From IMG/VR virus record IMGVR_UViG_3300029588_000018, positions 1-35,948 of that record: 35,948 nt of DNA, one strand, 5' to 3'. Below are positions 15,060 through 24,231 of this stretch, one piece after another. The position numbers and the translations under genes are program-made. The DNA comes from a virus. Each line of letters begins with the position of its first letter. Position 1 is the first letter of the stretch. Under the pieces are notes generated by a model. The model saw only the letters and a program-made list of their open reading frames with translations. It ran no database searches and had not been told where the DNA came from.

Positions 15060-16275
15060 GAAACAGAAAGAGTTCTGGAATCATAAACCAAGCCGCTGGA
15101 ACATAAAAGAAGGGGCTACACGTAGCGGAAAGACATGGCTGGATTACTACATCATCCCGAAACGTATTCGAGCTATAGAGGGCCTTCCAGGCCACGTGTT
15201 CCTCATAGGAAACACAAAGTCAACACTTGAAAGAAACGTTCTAGAACCCATGCGAGAATTGTATGGCCCAGAACTGGTTGGAAGAGTAAGACCGGATAAC
15301 ACGGTAAAACTTTTCGGTCGTATGTGCTACGCAATAGGCGCAGACAAAGAAAGCCAGGTTACAAAGATACAAGGGGCCTCAGTAGCATATTGCTACGGAG
15401 ACGAAGTCGTAACCTGGAACAAAAAAGTATTTGATATGCTAAAGTCCCGTCTAGATAAACCGTATAGCTGCTTTGATGGGACGTGCAACCCAGACAACAA
15501 GAACCATTGGTTTTTAAAGTTTCTAGAATCAGGAGCTGACATCTTCCGACAGAAATACACGATTGAAGACAACCCGTTTCTGCCGCAGGAATTCGTGGAA
15601 AACTTGAAACTCGAATATCGAGGGACAGTCCTATACAACAGATACATACTGGGAGAATGGTGCAATGCGGAAGGGCTACTCTTTCCACAGTTTGCAGACA
15701 ATCCAGACGAGTGGGAAGTCAAAGAAGAACTCCCACTTTTTAACATGATCAACATAGGCCTGGACATAGGTGGAACACGTTCACATAGTAGCCTGATCGT
15801 AACGGGAATCACGGCAGACCTTTCTGAGATTGTAACCTTTGCAGAACGTAAAGTCGTACACGCTAAAGGAACTATAGATGCCGAAAGACTTTGCACAGAG
15901 ACAGTCGACCTGATCAGAGCTTTATGGATTCAAGGATTTGTGGTATCAAGTGTTTTTGTAGATAACGCAGAACAAGTCATTTTGAACAGTATACGAGTAG
16001 CCGTACAAAGGGCAGGCTTTCCAACCAATGTGATGGATTGCCGCAAGATAGACGGAAAGACAAGGATTCTGACATATAACATGCTGTTGAACCGACACAA
16101 GATGAAGTTCCAGGCAGTACCTATGGTGGTTGAAAGTTTGAGCACAGCTTTATACGATACAAAATCGAAGGAAGATAAGATTCTGGATGACTTTACAACC
16201 GACGTCGATACATTCGACGCCCACTTTTATAGTTGGTCGACATATATGGACCTGATCACAGGAAGGAGTACTTAA
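15046..16275 (+). CDS. terL: terminase large subunit (PBSX/SPP1-like)
   Basis: Walker A-like EGATRSGKTW, Walker B-like YCYGDEV, and a C-terminal RNaseH-like nuclease region (IGLDIGG...FVDNAE). GTG start. Confidence 0.9.
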   Translation: MELTEKQKEFWNHKPSRWNIKEGATRSGKTWLDYYIIPKRIRAIEGLPGHVFLIGNTKSTLERNVLEPMRELYGPELVGRVRPDNTVKLFGRMCYAIGADKESQVTKIQGASVAYCYGDEVVTWNKKVFDMLKSRLDKPYSCFDGTCNPDNKNHWFLKFLESGADIFRQKYTIEDNPFLPQEFVENLKLEYRGTVLYNRYILGEWCNAEGLLFPQFADNPDEWEVKEELPLFNMINIGLDIGGTRSHSSLIVTGITADLSEIVTFAERKVVHAKGTIDAERLCTETVDLIRALWIQGFVVSSVFVDNAEQVILNSIRVAVQRAGFPTNVMDCRKIDGKTRILTYNMLLNRHKMKFQAVPMVVESLSTALYDTKSKEDKILDDFTTDVDTFDAHFYSWSTYMDLITGRST

Positions 16276-17832
16276 ATGAAAGTTTTATTCACAATACTAA
16301 AGGACTTAGGATATCCTGTGAGCCAGGAAGTCCAAGACTACTACAACAAAATTCAATTCTGGAACGATTGGTGGAAGGGCTACGTTCAAGATTTTCATAA
16401 ATACGAGATCAAGAACGAAAGCGGAAACTCAAGAGAAGTCAAAAGAAAACAGATGCGCATGGCCAAGAAGGTCTGCGAAGACTGGGCCGATTTACTTCTA
16501 AACGATAAGACTAGAATTCTTGTAGAGTGTGATGACCACGGAACGAGCATCACACAAGAATTTTTGACTGGAGACAAAGAAGACCAGAACGGTGGAGTTT
16601 TAGGAAACAGCAAGTTCTGGAAGCTAGGAAACAAGGCGGTCGAGAGAGAATTCGCACAAGGGACCGTGTGCTTCTATCTGCAGCTTGTAAATCCAACAGT
16701 AAACAAAGGACAGCTAAGTGCCCAGAGCGTACAAATCAAAGCTATCAAGGACGCGCAGAAAATAGTGCCATTGACCTATGACGAGGAAGATATTTCAGAA
16801 ATTGCATTAGCTAGCGAGTACACACAAAACGGGGAGCGTTTCATGTACATCCAGGTCTTCAAGCAAGAGCAAGAAGGCTACCAAATCTACAACCATTACT
16901 TCAAGATCAACAACGTGGCAGGAGACGCCGTAGGCTATGAAAGAGTATCAGCACCACATGGCGAAGCAATCAGCTATAAATTGCCTTGCAAACCGTTTGT
17001 TATTTTGAAGCCGAACATTGAAAACAACATAGCAGACGTACCATTAGGGATGTCGATCTACGCAAACGCAATCGACATGCTAGAAAGCTGCGACTTGGCA
17101 TACGACAATCTATTCATGGATACTTTGCTAGGAAAGAAAAAGGTTTTCATGGATCAGGCGTTATTCAGCATGAAGCCAACAGCCTACGCGATAAACGATA
17201 AAGGTGAACGAGTACCAGTAAGGCAAGAACCAGACGTTGGTGCAACTTTGGAAAAATCTCTATACGTAAGTACGGGAACACAAGTAAGCCCAGACAAGCC
17301 TCGACTTTTTGAGGAATACAACCCCAGCCTTAGAGTTGATGAAAACAAGGAGAATGTTCAATTCAATCTAAATCTTTTATCAAGTAAATGCGGACTTGGC
17401 CAAAACAGATACCAGTTCAGCATCCAGAACATGACCACAGCAACGCAGGTTCGTGCAAGCAATAAAGAGCTAACAGAAAGCGTCTGGAAGCAACGTATCG
17501 CAATCCAGGACGCCCTTACAGAGCTAACGAGATCGATTATCATTCTAGGCAAAGAGAAGTGCCACATATCCGGGCTTGATCCAGACGTACGCATCACAAT
17601 TCAATTTGACGACACTATGTTCTCAGACGAGGAAGCGGAACGTCTAAGAATGCTTCAGGAAATCTCGGCCGGCATCCTACAGAAATGGGAATATCGCGTC
17701 CGATACTACGGAGAAGACGAACAGACCGCACGCGAGATGACCGGAGAAACACAAAACCCGGCGGACAAAATTCAAAGTATGTTCTTCCAGCAAGATGAAA
17801 CACAAGAAGAGGAGCCAGAGGGTGAAGCCTAA
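16276..17832 (+). CDS. portal protein (SPP1 gp6-like)
   Basis: 518 aa, directly after terL, with an acidic C-terminus. Its size and position, followed by a MuF gene, fit an SPP1-type head module. Confidence 0.85.
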   Translation: MKVLFTILKDLGYPVSQEVQDYYNKIQFWNDWWKGYVQDFHKYEIKNESGNSREVKRKQMRMAKKVCEDWADLLLNDKTRILVECDDHGTSITQEFLTGDKEDQNGGVLGNSKFWKLGNKAVEREFAQGTVCFYLQLVNPTVNKGQLSAQSVQIKAIKDAQKIVPLTYDEEDISEIALASEYTQNGERFMYIQVFKQEQEGYQIYNHYFKINNVAGDAVGYERVSAPHGEAISYKLPCKPFVILKPNIENNIADVPLGMSIYANAIDMLESCDLAYDNLFMDTLLGKKKVFMDQALFSMKPTAYAINDKGERVPVRQEPDVGATLEKSLYVSTGTQVSPDKPRLFEEYNPSLRVDENKENVQFNLNLLSSKCGLGQNRYQFSIQNMTTATQVRASNKELTESVWKQRIAIQDALTELTRSIIILGKEKCHISGLDPDVRITIQFDDTMFSDEEAERLRMLQEISAGILQKWEYRVRYYGEDEQTAREMTGETQNPADKIQSMFFQQDETQEEEPEGEA

Positions 17833-19427
17833 TGCTAGAACCAAACTACCTACAGAACGTAGGTGACGACCTAGAAAAGCTGTATCAGGAACTGGCCACA
17901 GAAATACTGGTGGACATAGCGGAGCGGATCAAGATGAATCAGGACGCTATGACAAGCACCACGGAGTATTTAAACAACAAGCTAAAGCAGCTAGGACTCC
18001 AGCAAGACTGGATTAATAAAAGACTAGCTGAGATACTACACACTTCCGAAGAAGAAGTCGACCGGATCATGCAACAGAGCGCTTATAAAAGTATCCGTGA
18101 TACCTTCGATAGACTAGAGGCTGGAGGATACGACACAAGCGGCTTAGAATTTTCGAATCAGATCAAAAAAGGAACATCAGCACTGTGGGGAGACATCCAG
18201 AACCTTACAAGGACCACAGCTCAACTGGCTAGCGACACTTTTATGAGATACTATGACATGGCTTATCTTCAGGTATCAAGCGGAGCTTACTCACTAGATC
18301 AAGCGACCGCAAACACAATAGATAAGCTATGCAAAGAAGGCCTAACAAAAGTATCCTACCCAAGCGGTGCTCAACGATCAATCGAGGCGGCCGTTCGATT
18401 GGCAGTACGAACCGCAGTAAACCAGAACGCCCTGGCTTGCGAGAAATCGGTCATTGATGAGCTAGATATAAATCTAGTACAGACAAGTGCCCACATGGGA
18501 GCCAGACCAAGCCACGCAGCCTGGCAAGGAAAAGTATTCTGGGTAAACTATCCGGAAGGAAATTACGAGAACTTTTATGAGGCCACAGGATACGGAACAG
18601 GTGCAGGACTTGGCGGGTGGAACTGTAGGCATTCATTTACCGCATACTTTCCAGGAATAAGTGAGGATTACAACAAGCCTGTAAATCCTAAAGAAAATGA
18701 CAGAATATACCAGATGGAGCAAAAGCAAAGGTCTTACGAAAGAAACATGAGAAAGTGGGACAGAGAGCGACGTGTGAAAGCCGCAGCAGGGCTAGACACG
18801 ACAAAAGAGGACTACTGGTATAAATACAACAAGATGAGACTGAAAGAGCTTGTGGACGCTTCTAACGGGTATCTGAAGCGAGATTACTCAGCCGAGAAGA
18901 TAGGCGGAACAAAGGGCAGACCTTACAAGCCTGTAAGAATACCGAAGAAACGAGTTACTACAAAGGCCAATGCACAAGTAAGCGATAAAGAAACGAATAC
19001 AGACATACCAAAATACGAAGTTCTGTGTAATATAGACTCTTCTAAATATAAGGCACCAGAAGGCTCTAGTTCAAAAGTAATTTTGATGGATGAAAGGAAA
19101 AAGCACATAAAAGAAAGTCACCCTGAAGCGGTGGATGCTATCGTAAAAAATTTACCTAGTATTCTTACTGATCCAGACGCTGTGTACATTGAAAATGGAA
19201 AAGAAAACACAAGATGGGTAGTCAAAAAACTGGATGACCACAATGCAAAAATAACATTGAAACTATCAACAGGGGACAACGAAAAATTTCATTCAATTAT
19301 TACTGGACAATTTATGAGACAAAAACAAATAGAAAAAGCTGAAAAAAAGGGCCGTATAACAAAGGTTTACTTTAAGGAAAATCAAGAGTATACTGTAAGT
19401 GAAGAAAAGCCTAAGGTGGAGGAATGA
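17832..19427 (+). CDS. MuF / SPP1 gp7-like head morphogenesis protein with a C-terminal toxin-like extension
   Basis: Core motifs are GARPSHAAWQGKVF and GGWNCRHS. A basic linker follows, then a C-terminal module of about 140 aa (VILMDERKKHIKESHPEAVDAIVKNL...). TAATG overlap with the portal gene. Confidence 0.85.
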   Translation: MLEPNYLQNVGDDLEKLYQELATEILVDIAERIKMNQDAMTSTTEYLNNKLKQLGLQQDWINKRLAEILHTSEEEVDRIMQQSAYKSIRDTFDRLEAGGYDTSGLEFSNQIKKGTSALWGDIQNLTRTTAQLASDTFMRYYDMAYLQVSSGAYSLDQATANTIDKLCKEGLTKVSYPSGAQRSIEAAVRLAVRTAVNQNALACEKSVIDELDINLVQTSAHMGARPSHAAWQGKVFWVNYPEGNYENFYEATGYGTGAGLGGWNCRHSFTAYFPGISEDYNKPVNPKENDRIYQMEQKQRSYERNMRKWDRERRVKAAAGLDTTKEDYWYKYNKMRLKELVDASNGYLKRDYSAEKIGGTKGRPYKPVRIPKKRVTTKANAQVSDKETNTDIPKYEVLCNIDSSKYKAPEGSSSKVILMDERKKHIKESHPEAVDAIVKNLPSILTDPDAVYIENGKENTRWVVKKLDDHNAKITLKLSTGDNEKFHSIITGQFMRQKQIEKAEKKGRITKVYFKENQEYTVSEEKPKVEE

Positions 19428-19490
19428 TGCGTCCACACGCCGCAGTGGCCAAAAGGGACCCCGGGTAAGCATCACCGGGTGGGCTTATCT

Positions 19491-19517
19491 ACCGTGCTAG
19501 AAATAGCGCGGTTTTTT
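19491..19517 (+). terminator. rho-independent terminator (copy 1 of a duplicated element)
   Basis: ACCGTGC/GCGCGGT stem (one G-U pair) with an 8-nt loop, followed by T6. Confidence 0.55.
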
Positions 19518-19536
19518 AGTAGATAGGAGGCAGAAC

Positions 19537-19857
19537 ATGTCGGAAGACTTCAGAACGATATACAAAATTCTATCAACTCTGCAGAAATCAATGGACTATG
19601 AGGTAGTAGACATTCGAAGACTTTCAGCGGATAACCTAGACATCACAGAGCCAAAGAGAAAAGCACTTCTAGGCATGCTACTGAAAAATAGATACGTTGA
19701 GGGATTCCAGGTGATTCAATACATAGGAGACCAAACACCAAACATTGAAGGGCTAGAGGGTATCAGGATAACCCTTAAGGGACTAGAATACCTAGAAGAA
19801 AACAGCTTGATGCAGAAAGCCGCAAGACTTGCAAAAGGAATTGCGGAAGTACTATAG
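19537..19857 (+). CDS. YjcQ-like winged-helix protein
   Basis: 106 aa. ITLKGLEYLEENSLMQKAARLAKG and the overall length resemble the YjcQ phage-associated family. GGAGG RBS. Confidence 0.65.
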   Translation: MSEDFRTIYKILSTLQKSMDYEVVDIRRLSADNLDITEPKRKALLGMLLKNRYVEGFQVIQYIGDQTPNIEGLEGIRITLKGLEYLEENSLMQKAARLAKGIAEVL

Positions 19858-19880
19858 AACACAACTAAATAAGGACAAGA

Positions 19881-19906
19881 ACCGTGCTAGGAATGGCGCG
19901 GTTTTT
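19881..19906 (+). terminator. rho-independent terminator (copy 2 of the duplicated element)
   Basis: ACCGTGCTAGGAATGGCGCGGTTTTT differs from 19491-19516 at only two loop positions. Confidence 0.55.
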
Positions 19907-19918
19907 ATTATGCCCTAA

Positions 19919-20004
19919 GCACGGCATATAAAAGGCTTGAATACCCCTCGGCACGGGATATAAAAGGCCGGACTCGATACTGGAGTGAACCAGATATAAA
20001 AAAC
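19919..20004 (+). promoter_or_regulatory. spaced direct repeats upstream of the scaffold gene (candidate late regulatory sites)
   Basis: GCACGGCATATAAAAGGC (19919-19936) and GCACGGGATATAAAAGGC (19951-19968) match at 17 of 18 positions and are 32 bp apart. A partial third copy, CAGATATAAAAAAC, lies at 19991-20004. Confidence 0.45.
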
Positions 20005-20018
20005 GCAGGAGGACAAAA

Positions 20019-20582
20019 ATGGAGTTTTTAAAAGAAATCTTAGGTGAGGAATTGTATGCACAGGTTGCAGCTAAGCTAGAAGGAAATAAAACCGTAAAAT
20101 TAGCAAACCTAGCCTCAGGAGAATACGTCTCGAAAGCAAAATACGAGAGTGACATGCAAGCCAAAGAAACGCGCATTCAAGAGCTTACACAAAGCGTCAA
20201 GGATTTTGACGGAGTAGACGTAAAACAACTACAAAAAGACGTCAACGACTGGAAAACAAAATACGATCATGACTTGGAAGAAACAAAACGTGACAGCGCA
20301 ATTCGTTTAGCTATCGCGAAATCTGGAACCTTATCTGAAAAGGCCTTGATGGGATTACTAGATAAAGACAAGATCAAGTTTGATAAAGATGGAAAATTAA
20401 CAGGACTTGACGAACAAATCGAAGCTATCAAGAAAGAAGACAGCTTCTTATTTAAGGCGGCAGAGCCAAACAAGCCAAAAAATGGGAACGACGTCGTGCT
20501 TGATGGAAATCACGAAGGAAGTCCGAAACCAGAGGCACCAACAACTCTAGCCGGCGCAATTTCAGAATACTATAAAAAATAG
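20019..20582 (+). CDS. scaffolding protein (Phage_GP20-like)
   Basis: MEFLKEILGEELYAQVAAKLEGNKTVKLANLASGEYVSKAKYE, followed by coiled-coil. It lies immediately upstream of the capsid gene. Confidence 0.75.
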   Translation: MEFLKEILGEELYAQVAAKLEGNKTVKLANLASGEYVSKAKYESDMQAKETRIQELTQSVKDFDGVDVKQLQKDVNDWKTKYDHDLEETKRDSAIRLAIAKSGTLSEKALMGLLDKDKIKFDKDGKLTGLDEQIEAIKKEDSFLFKAAEPNKPKNGNDVVLDGNHEGSPKPEAPTTLAGAISEYYKK

Positions 20583-20595
20583 GAGGAACTAAAAG

Positions 20596-21588
20596 ATGCC
20601 AATTACATTAGAGCAATCAAAAGTCGGTTTAGCCGATCACGTAGACCAGCAGGTCATTGATGAGTTCCGTAGGGACTCTTTTATTTTGGATCGTTTAACT
20701 TTCGATAATGTGGTATCACCAGGAACAGGTGGCTCGACATTAACTTATGGCTATTTGCAATTAAAAACACCATCAGTGGCTGAAGGTCGTAAATTGAATA
20801 GCGAATACACAGCAGGAGAAGCTGTAAAGACTCAGAAAACTACAAACTTAAAAATCTTTGGTGGGGCTTACGAAGTAGACCGTGTATTAGAAGACACAGC
20901 AGCAAGCTCAGAAATTGCATTCCAATTAGCTCAGAAAATCATTGCAGTAAAGAACAAATTCCACTATGACTTCATTAATGGAAAGTCAACAGTCAAAGGA
21001 ACTGCTGCAACAGATAACTCAGGCTTTGACGGTTTGGATGTATTAGTAAAGGGAACAAATACAGAAGAGAAAAACGCAGATGCAGCCTTTGATTTGTCGA
21101 CAGCAGCAAAGATCAAAGAAAACGCAGATGCCTTCACTTTTGCATTGGATTCTTGGCTATCAGAATTCTCTGTAAAACCAGACGCTTTATTAGTAAACCG
21201 CAAGACAGCTACTGTTTTAAAAACAATCGCTAAAATGCAAGGATACTACACAAGATCAGAGGACAGCTTCGGCCAAGGCGTAGACAACTACGACGGAATC
21301 GCAATCGTTGACATGGGAGAATACTACAATGGAACTAAATCCTTGATGTGCGTACCTATCGACGAAACAACAGGAACAACAAGCATTTACGCTGCAAAAT
21401 TAGGATTGGATGCCGTGCACGCAGTAAGTCCGCAAGGACAGAAAATCATTCGTCAATATATGCCAAATTTAAGCGAACCTGGAGCCGTTAAAAAAGGAGA
21501 AGTAGAAATGATTGCTTCTATCGTTTCAAAAGATACAACTAAAGCCGGTGTATTCCGTAATGTACAAGTAGCTCCTACTGCAGGATAA
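20596..21588 (+). CDS. major capsid protein
   Basis: 330 aa, directly after the scaffold gene, with a strong RBS and a high-expression look. The position is canonical. Confidence 0.8.
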   Translation: MPITLEQSKVGLADHVDQQVIDEFRRDSFILDRLTFDNVVSPGTGGSTLTYGYLQLKTPSVAEGRKLNSEYTAGEAVKTQKTTNLKIFGGAYEVDRVLEDTAASSEIAFQLAQKIIAVKNKFHYDFINGKSTVKGTAATDNSGFDGLDVLVKGTNTEEKNADAAFDLSTAAKIKENADAFTFALDSWLSEFSVKPDALLVNRKTATVLKTIAKMQGYYTRSEDSFGQGVDNYDGIAIVDMGEYYNGTKSLMCVPIDETTGTTSIYAAKLGLDAVHAVSPQGQKIIRQYMPNLSEPGAVKKGEVEMIASIVSKDTTKAGVFRNVQVAPTAG

Positions 21589-21599
21589 GGAGATAAAAC

Positions 21600-21995
21600 A
21601 TGATCCTAAGCTTTGAGGAATACACAACCTTAGGTGGAACGCTACTGGATGAAGTGGAGTACTCACAAATAGAACCAAGAACCGAAAGTCTTCTAGAATC
21701 CTACATTCGAGAGAATATTCCATACTGGAAAGTTCAGGCTTTGGAAGATTACGGCATGGACCTAAAAAAAGTAGTCCTATACCAGATTGACTTCATAGAA
21801 GCACATGGCGGCATGGACTGCTTTGTAGGTTCTAGCGATATGAACTTCACAGGCGCAACCACAAGCGGTTTCTCGTATTCCGTAGATAATGCTAAAACGA
21901 TAAGGTTCCATGACATACCCTTATCAAGCCTAGCAGCATCAGAGCTCGACTACCAATTACTCAAAGCAGGACTAGCCTGCCAGGCGGTTTGGTGA
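21600..21995 (+). CDS. head-tail connector / adaptor protein
   Basis: 131 aa and the first gene after the capsid gene. The call rests on position. Confidence 0.5.
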   Translation: MILSFEEYTTLGGTLLDEVEYSQIEPRTESLLESYIRENIPYWKVQALEDYGMDLKKVVLYQIDFIEAHGGMDCFVGSSDMNFTGATTSGFSYSVDNAKTIRFHDIPLSSLAASELDYQLLKAGLACQAVW

Positions 21996-22360
21996 AAAGC
22001 CCGAGATGGCTTAGGCCGCATACAATAAAAGTCATGAACATTCTAGGTGAAGAAAACCTGGAAGAAATTACGTCAACAGTAACGGTCCAACACGTAAAGG
22101 TTTCCAAAACAAAAGCCCGGACTTATGGACAGACGGGCGCCAGTAATTCAGATACGATCCTCATAACGATAGACGTGAACGATTATAAGGCTGACAAGGT
22201 TCTAGTTCCCCCTTCAGAATTTAAGACGCCAGACACTCAATTCACAATTAGAACCGGGGACCGTATCGAAGTACACGGCGACATTTACGAGATCACAAAT
22301 GTGAATATTCTAAATCCCTTGAGAAATACGCCGGAATTCATAGAGGTAACATGTGAGTGA
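21989..22360 (+). CDS. head closure / minor capsid-type neck protein
   Basis: 123 aa, GTG start overlapping the upstream stop. The call rests on position. Confidence 0.45.
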   Translation: MVKSPRWLRPHTIKVMNILGEENLEEITSTVTVQHVKVSKTKARTYGQTGASNSDTILITIDVNDYKADKVLVPPSEFKTPDTQFTIRTGDRIEVHGDIYEITNVNILNPLRNTPEFIEVTCE

Positions 22361-22772
22361 GTATCATCTAAAAGTTATAGTTGATATCCCGGTGGCACAG
22401 CTACAGGCCAGAGGAACAAAAGCGCTCCGACGGTCTAGATTGAAGCTGAAGCAGCTTATCGTTCAAGACACGAACAAAAACGTGCCTATCGGAAAAGGAA
22501 CACTGAGAACATCAGCTTTAAGATGGGCGGCACAGGATAACGATTGGATCGTATGGGATACGCCATATGCACACTTCCAACATACGGGAAGAGTGATGAT
22601 TGGAACCCATAGCCACAGTCCATGGGCTAAACACGGAGAAACAAAAGTCTATACAACTCGAAATTTGAGTTATAGACAAGGAGGTTCGGAGTGGTGGCCT
22701 AAAACTTTGAAAGCAAGAAAGAATGCCTGGATGGAAGGCGCTAAAAAATTTTTTAAGGAGGAATTCAGATGA
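22353..22772 (+). CDS. neck protein (HK97 gp10-like / minor capsid 2-like)
   Basis: VPIGKGTLRTSA...WDTPYAHFQHTG resembles the TG-L--S ... PYA-Y pattern of head-tail joining proteins. Confidence 0.5.
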   Translation: MSEYHLKVIVDIPVAQLQARGTKALRRSRLKLKQLIVQDTNKNVPIGKGTLRTSALRWAAQDNDWIVWDTPYAHFQHTGRVMIGTHSHSPWAKHGETKVYTTRNLSYRQGGSEWWPKTLKARKNAWMEGAKKFFKEEFR

Positions 22773-23233
22773 GTGAAAAGAAGATCATAAAGCTGGAAGA
22801 CGTAAAACAGATTGAGGACGGATTGTATAGCTTTTTTTCTTCAATCAATATCAACAACATACCGTGGTGCCTGGAGTATTTTAACGAATCCAAGCACACC
22901 GCCTTACTTTTCAAAAGTAGTGGCTACACGGAAGAAATAGAACACTATCTGGGTGGTGGCTATAGAGCTACTTACCCTTTTGAAATTTATATTCAAGCAA
23001 GCAGAAAGGACACGAAAGCACGTCTGGACTTATCCAGAATCCTGTATGCAATAGTACAGGCACTCGCGGAAGAAGAGGCGCAAGGTTTTCCAAATCTCGT
23101 GCTAGACGAAGCAACACCGCAAGATGTCGCACTCACAACGCTACCTTCAGACTACACGGGAGAAGAGGCCGCGCTTTCAACTTTCTACTGCTCTATGACA
23201 TTAACCTACGAAAAGAAAGGAAGGTTTGAATAA
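22769..23233 (+). CDS. tail terminator / neck protein
   Basis: 154 aa, immediately upstream of the tail tube gene. The call rests on position. Confidence 0.45.
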   Translation: MSEKKIIKLEDVKQIEDGLYSFFSSININNIPWCLEYFNESKHTALLFKSSGYTEEIEHYLGGGYRATYPFEIYIQASRKDTKARLDLSRILYAIVQALAEEEAQGFPNLVLDEATPQDVALTTLPSDYTGEEAALSTFYCSMTLTYEKKGRFE

Positions 23234-23742
23234 TGGCATCAGAACTACCAAACAGAGAACTCAAGGTCGAAGACAACCTACATTACGTCAAATTCACAGG
23301 CTCGGATAGCTACGTTCTAGCCAACAAGGGATTGACAAACTGGGAGCAAGCCTTGAACGCTACAACAGATGATGGGGTGCAATATATCGGAGAGGCCGGA
23401 AGCCAAAGCCAGGTTACCGGCTATGCGCCTACAGTGTCTTACGAGGGCCGAGCGTATCCAGGAGACGCATTTAACTATTGGGTGTACTTGCAAGGTAAAG
23501 AACAGATAGTCGGTTCTACTTTCGAAGAGATCGAAGTGGAAACATGGAACGAGAAAGTAGACAAATCTGGGGACTTTGTAGCTTATCAAAGAGTTTACGA
23601 AGTGCAACCAGATAACCCAGGAAGCGGAGAGGCTGGAGGCAAACTAATGTGCTCTGGAACGTTCGCACAACAAGGCGATCAGGTAAAGGGAACGTTTAAC
23701 ATTAAGACGAAAATATTCACCGCAGACAGAGACAAAGAGTAA
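23233..23742 (+). CDS. major tail (tube) protein
   Basis: 169 aa, positioned between the neck genes and the chaperone and tape measure genes. Confidence 0.55.
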   Translation: MASELPNRELKVEDNLHYVKFTGSDSYVLANKGLTNWEQALNATTDDGVQYIGEAGSQSQVTGYAPTVSYEGRAYPGDAFNYWVYLQGKEQIVGSTFEEIEVETWNEKVDKSGDFVAYQRVYEVQPDNPGSGEAGGKLMCSGTFAQQGDQVKGTFNIKTKIFTADRDKE

Positions 23743-23769
23743 AGCACTTAACAACATAAGGAGGACATC

Positions 23770-24231
23770 ATGGAACTAAAGTTACAAAAGCAATTATTTA
23801 AAGATATCGAAATCGACGGACACAGATTCAGAGTCGATGTAAAGGACACTTCTAAGATCGAAGCCCTAGAAAATTGGGCAACTGAACAAAATGCACTTAG
23901 CAAATTCGGAAAAGAATCACTAGAGGACTGTCCTGCTTTGATTGATAAGATTCTAGGAGATGGAGCCTTTGAAACTCTATTTAAAGGATACGAAGGAAGC
24001 TCGGCACAGTTTGAACTTTGCTTCACATTACACAGCATCTTCCAGGATGAATTTTTAAAGGATCAGCAGGCAAAAGTCGCGGAAGAAGAAAAAAAGAATC
24101 TGGATAAAATCGACAAGCTTTGCGAATCTATGGACAAATTTAACAGGACATTAGAATACGCAGACAAACGATATGGAGGTAGAAATGCTGTGGCTAAAGA
24201 GAGAAGACCTTCCGGAAAGCGTAGACGTTAA
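23770..24231 (+). CDS. tail assembly chaperone
   Basis: 153-aa acidic protein between the tube and tape measure genes. Confidence 0.55.
   Translation: MELKLQKQLFKDIEIDGHRFRVDVKDTSKIEALENWATEQNALSKFGKESLEDCPALIDKILGDGAFETLFKGYEGSSAQFELCFTLHSIFQDEFLKDQQAKVAEEEKKNLDKIDKLCESMDKFNRTLEYADKRYGGRNAVAKERRPSGKRRR

Noticed and set aside
15393-15896. 167-aa minus-strand ORF (plus a 109-aa one) inside terL
   Set aside because: It is antisense to a gene with clear terminase motifs. Long antisense ORFs are expected in the G+C-richer block.
19919-20004. Possible mini-CRISPR array
   Set aside because: There are only two full 18-nt copies plus a partial one, with no palindromic repeat structure and no cas genes. 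The position immediately upstream of a highly expressed gene fits regulatory sites better.
24222-24231. Canonical -1 G/GT tail-chaperone frameshift from the 23770..24231 ORF into the Gp15-like frame
   Set aside because: The -1 frame has a TAG at 24222-24224, which leaves only two codons of overlap before the G-frame stop. There is also no slippery heptamer. The Gp15-like frame is better explained by its own start at 24185 plus the T5-run shift.
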